A DNA stretch of 64,000 bases, from contig CM120641.1 of assembly GCA_051362555.1 (NCBI GenBank), positions 35,036,401 through 35,100,400 on the forward strand, read 5' to 3'. The notes under the pieces are model-generated. The model searched no databases. It was not told the DNA's origin and was given only the letters and a program-made list of their open reading frames with translations. This DNA comes from Lingula anatina. Its lineage: Eukaryota > Animalia > Brachiopoda. Below are positions 14,924 through 27,300 of the stretch, in pieces. Both the position numbers and the translations under genes were made by a program. Numbering within the stretch: the first letter of the stretch is position 1; every line of letters starts with the position of its first letter.

Positions 14924-15400
14924 ATGGGCGAAGAATTCCAGACCTGGAGGAACAAATATGAACTTAGTGATCAAGCGATGACAATTTTAAGTGAAGCGGG
15001 GTTCAACTTGACGCGATCCTGCAAGATGCTAACAGTCACGCTCATCCAGAAAACGTTGGGCAGCCACTTGGGCAGCTGCTGCAAATGCAGGACATGATTA
15101 AGAACAAAGACATGATTAAGAAATCAGCCAGGACAGAACAAACTGCAGACACAGTAGAGGACGCTGCCAGCAAGAGACACGTAGCAAGGGCCGGCAGCAG
15201 CAGAGGACCGAAAGCTCAGCCACCGTCCTCCTCAGAGTCGGGAAGTGATGTCACCAACATGGCGGAGCCCATAGCAATTGAGGGGGAGTTGGATTACACA
15301 AAATTGTGCCAGCTTCTGGGCACCAAGATGGCAGAGGGAGTTGCTAAGGAATCGATGCCTCCTCAAGGTAAGAGCACCTTTGATCCGTTTGATTCCCCGG
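14924..15400 (+). pseudogene. Frameshifted ORF fragment, possibly the gag/ORF1 N-terminus of a DIRS-like retrotransposon
   Basis: Locally GC-richer coding-like segment MGEEFQTWRNKYELSDQAMTILSEAGFN...LIQK, broken by a frameshift and an 18-bp duplication near 15090. Family assignment is from memory of similar invertebrate TE ORFs only. Confidence 0.3.
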
Positions 15401-15574
15401 GTGCTGCAACTCTGTGTGTGTTTTTAAAATGGTGTAGTACAAGTGTAAGTTGTACCAAAAGAAGAACTACACTGACATACTAGAAGAAGCAATGTTCATA
15501 CAGGACAAAATGAGTAAAATATTATAGGATAAATATATTAGGATAAAAATCATTTATCAAAATATGCTTGTAAG

Positions 15575-15605
<31 letters not shown>

Positions 15606-15799
15606 TGGCTATGTCAAAATTATGAGATAGCTATGTTGAAATTACAAGATAGTTATGTAGAAATTATGAGATACTACGTCCTAATTACAACAATTTTTTT
15701 AACACGATACCTGTCGGCTTCTGTAATTCTTCTATTTGATGTGTTATTTTGTTAATTACTTTAGGTACAAGATGAAACCTGCACTGTCCCTTGGTCAGA

Positions 15800-16784
15800 A
15801 GTCTGACTAAAGAAGGTCCAAGTTTGAGGAGGTCATTTTTATGTTGATCTTGGTAGGCATCCAGGCAGTGATAGACAACCTCATCTACAGCATTGGCAAG
15901 ACAGGTAGGAGTGTCTTTGTAATCCTGTCTGCCTCTACGTCTAAGCTTGTCTGTTTGCCTTGGGGAATCAAGGATTTCCTTTGGGAGACAGTCCCGCTGG
16001 GGATGGGGAGGCATTGCCAAGCATGCAGAAAGACAAGGTATGGACTAAGTTCCACAGTTTAAGGATGGCACTTGACCTTACTGCCAAAATAATGGATTTC
16101 CTTGTACCATTTCGGAAGATTGCAGCAGTGGTGAGCTTACAGCCATCCAGACTTATCAGGTTTTTGTGAGATCCTCCTTTGACCAAGTATTTGAGTATAC
16201 GGACGATATGGGCAGAAAAAAAATGTGTGTGGAGAGGAGTAAACAACAGACAGTGAGCAACAGGTCTTACTTTATGTGGCAGGATACATGTGTCACAAAT
16301 TATCTAAAAAATGTGAAGTAAAAAGCCCTAAGTATGCTGCTGTAATTAAAACAGGTTCAGGAAAGGCAAGTCATCCTCAGATAGGGCAGCATATTTAAAG
16401 ATGTCAAAAACAGTGGACTGAGATGGTTAGCATGTGACAGACATTTTGTTTTTGTTTGTGCAGTTGCTTGAAGAGGTAGTGAGGGAAATATTTTCTGAAG
16501 AAAAGACATATTCTTATCACAACCATGGGGATCTCTGTAAAGGGATAATGAAACTGGCCTTCCACAACAAAGTTTTAATGCATTATTGGGAAGAAATGAC
16601 AACCAGAGAATTTGACAAATTAAAAATGGACATTTTTGGAATGTTTGTAAACCTGTATGTCACTATAAGAGATCATTCATTTCGCAGACAGCTTATAGAA
16701 AATTACCAACAATCAGTGTCTGCATCAACTAAAGAAAAAGAGTTAAGAAATTCTCTCAAAAGAAAGAGTGGATATATTATTTAG
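15800..16784 (+). pseudogene. Decayed transposon-associated gene fragment (unassigned; weakly reminiscent of the P/THAP9 transposase C-terminal region)
   Basis: Broken ORFs containing KVWTKFHSLR, a KYAA segment (ALRYxAGY-like, frameshifted) near 16330, and LYVTIRDHSF...KELRNSLKRK. Multiple frameshifts. Confidence 0.35.
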
Positions 16785-17003
16785 GTTTTCCACAAACAGA
16801 CAGTATGTATCAGTGATTAATTAGTGTACATGATTATGGATCCAATTCTAGAAGTCGGCGTGATATCACATGATGGCTGCCGCCTTACCTCCAAATCGTA
16901 AGGTATAATTTACACATAGTGTAAACCTAACTGATAACATAATTGTGGTTTTTCATACTGTTTTCACAAAGCCTAATTGTCTTTTTTTCTACTCACTTTA
17001 CAG

Positions 17004-18365
17004 GTTAGGGGAGACCTGCTCTCATGTTGGGGCTTTGTTGTTTAAAGTGGAAGCAGCAGTGAGATTAGAAGTGACAACTGCAACATGCACAGACCGTCCC
17101 TGTGCATGGAATGATTTTTATGTTGATTCTGTGGAAGTTGACAAGGTTTCAAACATACAGTTTTATTCAAACAAAAGCAAGATTAGGGTGAGGAAACGGC
17201 AGAAAACCATTCCACAGGCAACCCCCCCAGGCCAAGGCAGCATTTCTTCAGTCTTTGGAGACCCCATGCATAGGACTTACTTTATTTAGACAACATAACG
17301 CAAGATATTTGTTGGACTGGGCCCTACACCAGTGCCAAAGAAACTCCTTGGCACTGGACATTTTGGACATTTTAAAAGAGATTTTTTAGGACAGACGCAG
17401 CAAGGAAATTATACAGCAGTCCTTGAGAGACTTGTACACTATTGGCAATGAACATTTGAATGGCCCTGCCTTGAAGGAAGCATGCGAGCAAGCTAAGGTG
17501 AAGGTGGGCTCGCTGACCAACACAGAGGCCAGGTACGTGGAGGAGGTTACAAAGACTCGGTCCTTATCAGCAGCGTGGCACATGGTCCGTATAGGGAGAA
17601 TTCAGTGGCTGGTGATGTGTTGAAGACAGACCAGAGAGTCCAGCTCCATCTCCGATTAACAAGCTCACTTCAGCTTAACAAGCTCACAACAGTGCTCCTA
17701 TTAGATGGGGACGAGAACATGAAAAGGACGCCCTCACCCGATATCAACAATTGTACACTGATCAGAACCACAATGATATCAGCATCAACAGCTCTGGCCT
17801 CAGATTGGACACTAAGCAGCCATGGCTTGGGGTATCACCAGATGCTATTGTAAAATGCACTTCTTGTTGTGGTGAAGGCACTGTAGAAGTGAAGTGCCCT
17901 TTTGCAAATAAGAACATTTCCGTAAGAATTGCCCCCCCTGATTACCTGGATGAAAACTTTTATTTGAAACAGAATCACAAATATTAGGTCCAGCTCCAGA
18001 TGCTAATTTGCAGTGTGAATTTTTGTGACTTCGTGGTATGGTCTCCCAAAGATTGTATTGTTTTTAGAGTCCTGAGAAGTGACCGGTTTTGAAAAGAAAT
18101 GGTGACTGTCCTTACCGAGTTCTGGGAGAGGCATGTGTTGCCGAAATTGGTTAGTAGAAAGGTGGAGCTACGGGAGGATTGCCCTGTTGTTGAGGCCGCC
18201 GAAGCAGTAAAAGCCCCAATTTACTGTGTATGCAAAACAGCATCTGAGGAGGGTGATATGGTAGGGCGTGACAGATGTGACCAGTGGTATCACCCCAAAT
18301 GATTAGGGCTAAAGGGGCTGCCAAAGAGCAAGAGGTGGTTCTGTAAAAATTGCAGGAAGAAGTAG
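17004..18365 (+). pseudogene. SWIM zinc finger - YqaJ/lambda-exonuclease-like - PHD finger gene, pseudogenised; typical accessory gene of ISL2EU-type DNA transposons
   Basis: LGETCSHVGALLF (SWIM end); WLGVSPDAIVKCTSCCGEGTVEVKCP (PD-(D/E)xK YqaJ core); YCVCK...CDQWYHPK*LGLKGLPKSKRWFCKNC (PHD). In-frame stops at ~17985, ~18090 and ~18300, plus several frameshifts. Confidence 0.8.
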
Positions 18366-18584
18366 GGGTTTTGTCAGTTTTTAAGAATTTCCAGTAATGT
18401 AGATTCCCATGCTCTATTATTTAGAAATGTTTGCACTGCTTGGTTTATTGTGTTGAACTGTTATCAGCATGGTTCTTAATGCCGAGATCTGCTCTCTGTC
18501 ATGTCACATTGTATCTGTACTGCTTGTTTAATTGTATTGTCACATTTTATGGATAGTACTGAGTACTATAGCCCTTTTTTTTTT

Positions 18585-18715
18585 GAACATGAGCACAACT
18601 GCACCAAAAACCACTATGGTAGCAGCAAGGCCATAGAAAAGCAAGGTGCAGTTACTCTTTTTCACGATCGCTGGCTTGCCACAACATGCATTAAACCACC
18701 TTTCTTGTGGACAAG
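18585..18715 (+). pseudogene. Short fragment of a Kolobok/Mutator-like DDE transposase
   Basis: EHNCTKNHYGSSKAIEKQGAVTLF then a frameshift to RSL..HNM.*TTFLVD, matching the recalled CxxNHxGSSxxME...FxRS...Y...GD pattern. Confidence 0.55.
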
Positions 18716-18869
18716 GCTAAAAAAATTACGCTCTCTAATGCGCTAAAGATGGACAAATTGAAAATATTATGAGGGAGAAAGCTATAAGTCTGGAGCATTT
18801 GGAGGTACAAAGATTAATAGCCTGCGAAATGCTTCATTTGCAGAGAACCAATGAAAGACCATAAGCATC

Positions 18870-18872
<3 letters not shown>

Positions 18873-18910
<38 letters not shown>
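18873..18910. repeat. (TA)n microsatellite
   Basis: Uninterrupted ta run. Confidence 0.95.
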
Positions 18911-18913
<3 letters not shown>

Positions 18914-21340
18914 CTTAAACAATGAATGTTTTCAATAACAATCATTTAGTTTATTTGTTCATTATATTCCAATTTTACATTTGTACAAAGAAAGAAAGAA
19001 AAAGAAAGAAAGAAAATGTAATGTTTCACGGTGTCGACAATATCATCGAAATATTGCAACATATTGTGCCGTCTACAGACCCCACTGCTTACTCGTCAAT
19101 AAAGGACATTTTTATGCATAATGTTGTCTACATTAGTACAAACATTGCTTCAATCACCGCCATCATGAACGCTGCTGATGAAGTTAACGTAGATGTAATA
19201 ACAAAGACTATGACAAACGCAGTTAGCATTAAAACATTGACAGACTCAAAGAGTTTAGCACTACATTCAGCTACTGCATGTCGCAACAAAATTGTTAACT
19301 CTATGACTGAATTCAGTAACCTGCACATTGTAAAAACAACTTTTGAGCAGTACGACAAAAATATCTATGCACTATGAAAAACTGTCGGAGGATGCCATGA
19401 CAAAAGAACTCAATGCAAAATTTGAAAAGAGACAGTTCTATGTTAGAATTTTGGTGATTTGTCCCCGACTGGATAAGCAATGCGGAATGTGCTCTATCCA
19501 TTAAAAAAGATTATTGCCTGCCCATAATCTGCTATATCAAGATAAGGGGTCACCATTGAGTCGCTTCCTCCAGCTGCCGCCATAAACATTATTACATCTC
19601 TTCTCCACTTGGCTCTGACTCCCACAACTGCTACAGCACCTTCACATATAAACTCCTCAACACAGACTCCACTCCAACTGCCTGTCATCCATCAGAGCCT
19701 CCAATTTCTACACCAAAAGCTCATAATGCAGACTGTGCACCAGCTAATGAATTTGTCAGTGTCACTCCTGTTTCTGTCATACCTGGCTTACCTCCCCTTC
19801 AACCTAGCCATTGGCCCTTAAATCAACCATCACTTTTCACCCCTGCACCCATGAAATCTCGTGCTTTACCTCTCCTTCAACCCAACTCCCCTCCTCCCTA
19901 CCCTATTCCCCAGCCACATCCTTTCAACAGCGCCCCATGGTATGCTTACACCTTCCACAAGGCCAGTATACACATAGAGCAATCCAAACACCTTAACTGC
20001 ACAGTTCCCTTATAACCCACACCTGTATTTACCACCCATTATACATGTTAGAGGGGTCAAGGTCAAGATGGCGATGGGGTTAGGTTGGGTGAAAAGCTGC
20101 GGTGAATAAGTATGAATTTATCTGACTCCTGAAGTAAGTGGGTAAAACTTTTTTACTTGACAGAAATGATAAACTAATATAGAATAATGTATCAACACAG
20201 AATGGCAGTAAACAAGAACTAAGGTGCACTAACATGGGATTTTAAAATTCGCGCCAATGAAATGTGGCAGACAAAGGAAATCTGCAAAATTATTCATGTT
20301 AGACCCCCAATACTCATCAAATATATACGCCAAACCTACACTGCACATGGGGGATGCAAGCACAAGATGTGCAATCAACCAACGACATTGCCAACACACG
20401 TGACACAGCTTGTGCACAGGCAGCTCTACAACCTGTGTCTACAAGGGAAATTCTGGACATTTAAGTAAAGGCAAGCTGGCTGCAGAGATTTTGTATAATG
20501 CAAATGGAGAAATTATATACAAAAGAGGAAGAAATGGATAGAAATTGTGCCCATAAGTGCGCTACGAGGCAGGAAAACGCCAAGAAAAACTAGCGTATTC
20601 TATGATAATTAATTATATGCATTATATGGAGATTCAGTGCTAAAAGACAAAGAAAGCCATGAGATAAACATCTATCCTAAAATATAAAACCAGATTCTGA
20701 AGTACAGAAAAAAATGGAATATTGCACTAGACTATACAGAAGTACAGATCCTTTTAAGAATAAGACACACAATGACAGTACAATGGGTACTTACAAGATG
20801 AAGAGACATGAAAGAAATGACAATTCAAAACATAGTTCCTTTAACTACTTGATACTTTGTGCATGTAGTAGTAGATGATAAACAAATACTGTGATATCAT
20901 AATAGTCAAGGTTACCATTTTTTTACTTATTAAATGGGTATGTACTGTTGGCACAGATCTTTAACAAGTGTAAAAAGACAAATGTTCATATAACAGATTG
21001 ACAACAAACACCTACTTCTATATCTTTAAGAAAATTAACCATAACAAGCAGTTCTAATGCAAGTTCAAGAAAGATTGTCACTTTAAAAAAAAAAATTTAA
21101 GTGATACGTAATATATAATTTAAATAAGCTAAACACTCAATTTCTTCCACTTAAAGCTTATTGCCTTCACAGTTCTTACCAATGTCCAGGTAAATGGACA
21201 ATTACATGTGCACTGGGACATTTCTTTTTCTCATAATTATAATACATCCATCTTTATGTACATAATTGTGCACCTGTCAACGCTTATCCATGCTCAACAA
21301 ATGCCAATATGAATGATGCACTTAGAAGATGCTTAGTATT

Positions 21341-24300
21341 TCATGAATGATAAACCTTGATGACTTCTGTGATTTCCTTCCTGCATATTGGACAGCTGTC
21401 TCTGCGATTGAGCAAAAGGCGGGCACAGTCTTGACACGTGACCATGTGATGACAGGGACACAGCAGACAGTCTCGTGTGTGGTCCATGCAGATAGCACAA
21501 TCACGATCTGTGCCTTCCATAACATAAGAGGCTAGAAAGAAAACATTTTTATGTTCAGGTTTCCCCCATTTCTTTTTTACTGATTTAAGATAAAAATGAT
21601 CATATTGGAAAATACTGTGAAACTCAGGGGCAGATCCAGAGATATTTTCTGACAGACACTTTCAACGCTTTTTCTCAATTTTCGCAAGTAAATAATAATG
21701 ATAACAACGTCTGATGCAAATTTCTATGAATTATGTGCCAAATGTTGAAGAATAATGTATTCTGGAAACAAAATATTTTCTTATCATCATTCAGTTTTCC
21801 ATCTATCCACCTTTAGCTGCCTCTTCTATTTTGACAATTTTCCAATCATTCATTATATTTAATTAATATTTTAATTAATGAATTAATTAGTAAGCTCAAT
21901 TCCTTACTAAGGTTATCTTAGACCACATTCCCATAGACACCATGGGTCTAAGTAAATCGATCCAAATCTTCAATTCAGTGCAATCAGCTTAACTGAATGA
22001 CCTGCCTCCTTTTGTTTTCATTATGTATAATCACCAGCTTTTGTGTATTCTGCTCAAAACCAGGAGGAGGCATGCCATTCAGTTAAGTTCATTGCACTGA
22101 GTGTGAGTTGGATTGATCAAAGTAGACCGATGGTGTCTATGGGAACAGGGTCTCACTCTCTTGTCATCACCCAGCCCTACCTGTGTCATCATCCTGAGGA
22201 GGGGCAAAGTTCCCCCTGTGGCCCAGAGCTGGGATGGCACTCTCAAAGAAGTAGCCAAGACCAGACTGGTTCTTGATCTGTTGAATACGAGCTAGAAAGG
22301 CAATACAGGTGCACTTTGAGTGAAGAGGTATTAGTGGATAAAAGTAATTTTCCGAAAGGGATAGTTAAAATATGTGAATTATGTTGCAACCTATTATATT
22401 TCCATGCCGTTTTCAGCTTTTGTTAAAAATTAAGAGAAAACAAAAAACATCCATTCCTAACTGCCCCAAAATATATTTAACTAAAAAAAATCGTGCTGAG
22501 CAAGTCTTTCCTTATAAATAAAGTCTTTCTTTCATAAATTTATATATTCTGACCTAATTTTCTTGCTTCTCTTTGTTCTTCTGATAAAATTAGAGGTTCT
22601 CCACCAGATCTGAAGAACAATGTCTTCCCCATCTTCTCTAAAAGAATTCTCACTGTAAACATAAAAACATAAAAGATTCATCACACAGGAATGAGAATGC
22701 CATTTAGTCAAAAAGTCTGAAAACATGGCATGGGGCACAGGGGGCCCTCTGCTTTGATCTCAAAAATGATATTTTTGACTCCCCAAAAAAGTCAGAAATC
22801 TGCTGACAGTCAGAGAAATCTCATCAGTGATCACAAATCACACCAAAGCAAATTGTCCCCACATGATTCTCAACTTACGTACTAGTATCTACATTCTTGT
22901 TGAAAAGAGCATTACCCTGCATATCTTTTCCTCCAAATACATTTTTTAACAATGATTTCTTACTTAATACCTTTTTCTATTACTTCTGCAGAGGTATGTT
23001 TGCCAGGTGTTATTTCCACTTCTGGTATGTAGTACACAGGAAATAAAAACCTCAGTCCTAACGTTCTCTGTTGGGAAAAAAAAGGTCCATTTGATTATCT
23101 CTGCCAGTATTGCAATTTTTAAAATACACAATTTTCAATCCCATGCCTCACTTTTATCTGTATGATTTTGCTTTTTATTTTTATAAAACACATTTGACCT
23201 TTATTTCAAATAAATTATTTAATTTTTCTAAAACCCATTTGACCTGTATTTCAAATAAAGAAATGACCAACAAATGACAAGCTTGTATGTCAAAATAATT
23301 TCCAGTAATATGTGATGGTTACCTCCTTGTATGCTGTTCTCTCAACTATCTGACCCATGTCTAAATTCAGTGTATTGGATGCAATGATTGCATTAGATGT
23401 ACAACAGTGGGATACCCCTGCAAAGAAGCCATTTCAAATAAAAACAAGTTCAACAGAGAAAAGATTTTTTTTTTACATGTCATTCATCATCTCAGAATTC
23501 TGTTCTTCAACATCAGATGGTTTTATTTTCTGAGTTTTATCATTCAATCATAAGCAACCAAACATTACTGAAGTTACAATAGCAAAATTTCTATGTGACA
23601 ATTATGCTTAAAGGACATGAAGTTCTTACTTTCAAATAAATCCTGTTTAACCTTCAAATCATCCACTACTGCCTCGAAGATAAAGTCTGCATCATTGACC
23701 GTCTCTTCCAGCAGACTCATGCACAAAACTTGACCCTGTAGACAAATTATACATTTTCACCAACCCAGACACATACATCATGATATGACAATTTTGATGA
23801 TATTTCAGTACAAAAGTAATTTGTAATAATAGGCTCAGACCTAATAATTGTTAGACAAAGGCTACTAGTAAGCTATTTTAATTACACAATCTATAAGGTG
23901 GCCACAAAAGATGATCCTTTTCTGTATCTTAAAATTACCAAATCAAATTTTATGAACTCCCCATCTGACAGTGTCTATCTCAGATTAAACTATCATGCAG
24001 TTGTAGTATAAAACAGATGTGTTTAAATCTAAAGCAAAAATGATTAATATTTTACAAATTTCAAATATTTAATATAATTCAAGCAAGGAGTTATAACAGA
24101 AGGAGATTACACGCGTGGGGGCGGAGCCCGTATTACGGTCTCTCATTGGTCGGAATGAATAGAACCCAGAGAACAATGGATGCCTATCTCTGTTACGCTT
24201 AATTGTTGCTCTCGTTTAAATCTCGTTTGTTAGTATCTGTGCCTTCGTCTGTTGATTTTAGAGGACAGAAACAGAAACGGAGTCCCAAGTTTCTAAAAAA

Positions 24301-27300
24301 TGAGAGAAATACAGAATTTATATGATATTACGTTGGACAAGGTTTTCAAAAAACAGGTAAGTGCTTTTAAATGCATAACTACTCGAAATATGAAGATAAA
24401 TTGCAACTTTTATGCCGTGGGGTCTCACTGTATAAGTGTCCAGCTCCACGTCGATCTCGCGAGGTGGTGTGTGGAGCATAAATATTGCACGAAAAATATT
24501 TCCCACTCATAACAAGTGCTTATAAATATAGTATCAGATGAAGAAAGTTTGGTCTTTATGCGGTTGCAATTGTTAAGTAATTTGTGGCAATAGCAAAGAA
24601 TAAAACTTAGGTGCACTTTCAGTAGCCGAATAACAAGCAGATGCTTAAGCCGCCATCTTGTTAATATTTCGAAAAAAAATTACTCCAAAAGACATTTTCC
24701 TCCTACTTTTTGAAACTTGTGTCACATGACAGTCATAAAATTTAACTAATTGTTATGTGTGCAACACACTTGCTTGAGCAGTATTGTTTTTTTTTGCGAT
24801 TTTATATGTGGTCTAGCTTGGATACGACAATTGACAATTTTCATGAGTTCCGATCAAAAAGTGTTACGCTTTTTACGGTCAAAAGCCTTACCGCTTTTTG
24901 TACTTTTCAAATGCAAGATTATAAAAAAATTTGGTGTGTTTAGATTCTTGAACATCTTGGTCGTGGCGTGGTATATATTGCATGGATACTGCTCCAATAT
25001 TTCTTGAAAAAAATAACCTGATTTGTTCAGAATACCAATTTTTTACTCTAGTGTTATGGGTAAATGTACCATTTTGGCCTTTACCTTTTTCATGTTTAAA
25101 TCTAAAAAGACTTATCATGACAGTTGGTCATCATTTTTCTTCTCACCATGGTGGGTGGCTTTGGAGTGGTAACTTTGTTGTTAAAGTAAAGTGCTCAGTT
25201 TTTTTGACTGGAAAATTTTGCCTCCACCCAGCATTTTCCATCATGGCGGTCTAACAGGAAGTTTGACTTCATGGCATAGTTATTTTTAACTTATTTAGTC
25301 TTCTTTTTACATATATATGTTTTAATTCATATTAAACCTTTGAAAAAAGAACACATGAATCCTGGTGCTTTTAATTTAAAGTCTTAAGTTCACCTAGGCT
25401 CCACCAATTACTTTACCTGTTATCTCACTACACATCTCCCTTTGAGTCAAGGTGTGTAAGACACACCTTATTGTGTAAGACACCTCTATAATTAAGGGGT
25501 ACTTGCTTCTCTACTTTAATTATACTTCACTACTTTGGCATGTTAGGTGGCAAGCTTGGATGTTTCAGTTCATTTTAAGAAAGAAGCTTTGCCTTGGTGG
25601 TTACAAAAGAATAGAACTCTAAATATTTCATCTTGCAGTGTTGAAACAGAAATTCTCTCAAAATTGATAATGAATTTTACATGCATATCTTAACACTACT
25701 CAAGTTTTTTTTCGTTTATTATAGATATGGGAGAAGGCTGCATTGAATATATGAATTATGGTCAGGCTGGAAAAAATTAAAAAATGTCAATGAAAAAAGG
25801 AGGTCAGCGTGTCTGGGGTAAATTACTTTTGTCATAATGCCTAAGATGCATTAAACATTCACTAACAACAGTACCCTTTTTAATTTTTTTTCAAAATACA
25901 ACAACCTTGGGCATTTTCCTTTTAGCAACCAAGTCTCTCTGAAATCCCCTTATTGTCCTGTCAGAAGAGTAGGAACCAGGGCGGATTTAAATAATTTCTT
26001 GTAATAAGTACAATTTCTTTCAATTTCTTGGGGTTATTAGCTTGTGATCATGAATCTTGATATTCTACATAAATTTAGTTGTAAATTGTTCATTTATGTG
26101 GTGAACATTATTTCAGTCAAGTCATAACAAGACACATTAAACTTCACTGCGTAATACCATAATGTCTACATGGATACTAGTAGTTCATAATGCTATTATT
26201 ATGTTTTTTTTTCTAACCTACAGGTTTCTCTCTTTTCTGAGTGGCATGGCATTGGCAGGCAGAAGAAAAGGCCCTGAAGAAATTCTCACTTGAGTTGTCC
26301 TTTTTGGAGAAGAAACTGGATAAGACTGGCCAACAGAGATTGCATTAAATTAATAGTGCTCCTTCATGACATTTTAAAATATTTTCAGTCACCTAACTGA
26401 CTCTATACATTTCAAAAGTTGACATAAATTTTATGTTACTGTCACATGGAAAAAAATTCAAAACCTATATATAATTTGTTGAGTGCCATGGTATAACAGT
26501 CTACTTGATTGCCAGTAAAATTTGGACTGTTTCAGTGAAATTTCTTTAAAGCAGTCACTTACTGGCCCAGTTAATTTTTTCAGCTGTAACATGTACTCCG
26601 GTTCATTTTATAAATGTTCTTATTATGTGTTGTCTTGATTTATAATAACCTTTTGAAAATCCCATGTTTTTTATCCTATTTGTAAGAATAAGCCACTTTA
26701 TCTTCTAGGGTTTTTTTTTTCATTCAGCTCATTAGATTCTCAGACCTTGCTGGCCTGTGAGTGGAATAGTATCTGGCACAGACTGGTATCAGCAAGTCAG
26801 ATAAAAAAGAATATAATTATTTCTATTTGCACGGTTGAAAAAATTCCAACACAGCCTGCATAAAACTTGGAAAAGTATAGCAACTTAATCATTCTTATGA
26901 CTTCATTAATTACTGCTTATGTGTAAAATTTTGTTTTTGTTCTTCTATTGATTTAATAAAATGGTTTTACTCACAGATGCTACTATCATGATGCTTGAGT
27001 ATAGAGTTGACTTAAAAGATATTTTAAGTTAATATAGTAAATAATAGTTTGAAATTCAAAATTCTCATCTTTATTTGTTTCACTTTAAAGAGCTCAGTTA
27101 ATACTAAAAATTCTGATATATTTTGTACATAAATATATTTATGAATGAATAGAAATTCTTAATGTTTAACACTTTGCACTGGTTTACCGACAAATAAGAA
27201 GTGTTAGTATGTGTCAAAATAATCCTGAAAATAAAAAGGGAGATTTCCAAGATAAAGAAATTTATAACGAGTATTTAGCAAACTGACATGTCGTGGCATT

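Noticed and set aside
18922-19377. 151-aa ORF after the (TA)n tract
   Set aside because: No recognisable domain and no supportable splice context; likely TE debris.
20230-20810. Possible LINE/RNase H remnant
   Set aside because: Only a vague resemblance (TVQWV-like); too degraded to support.
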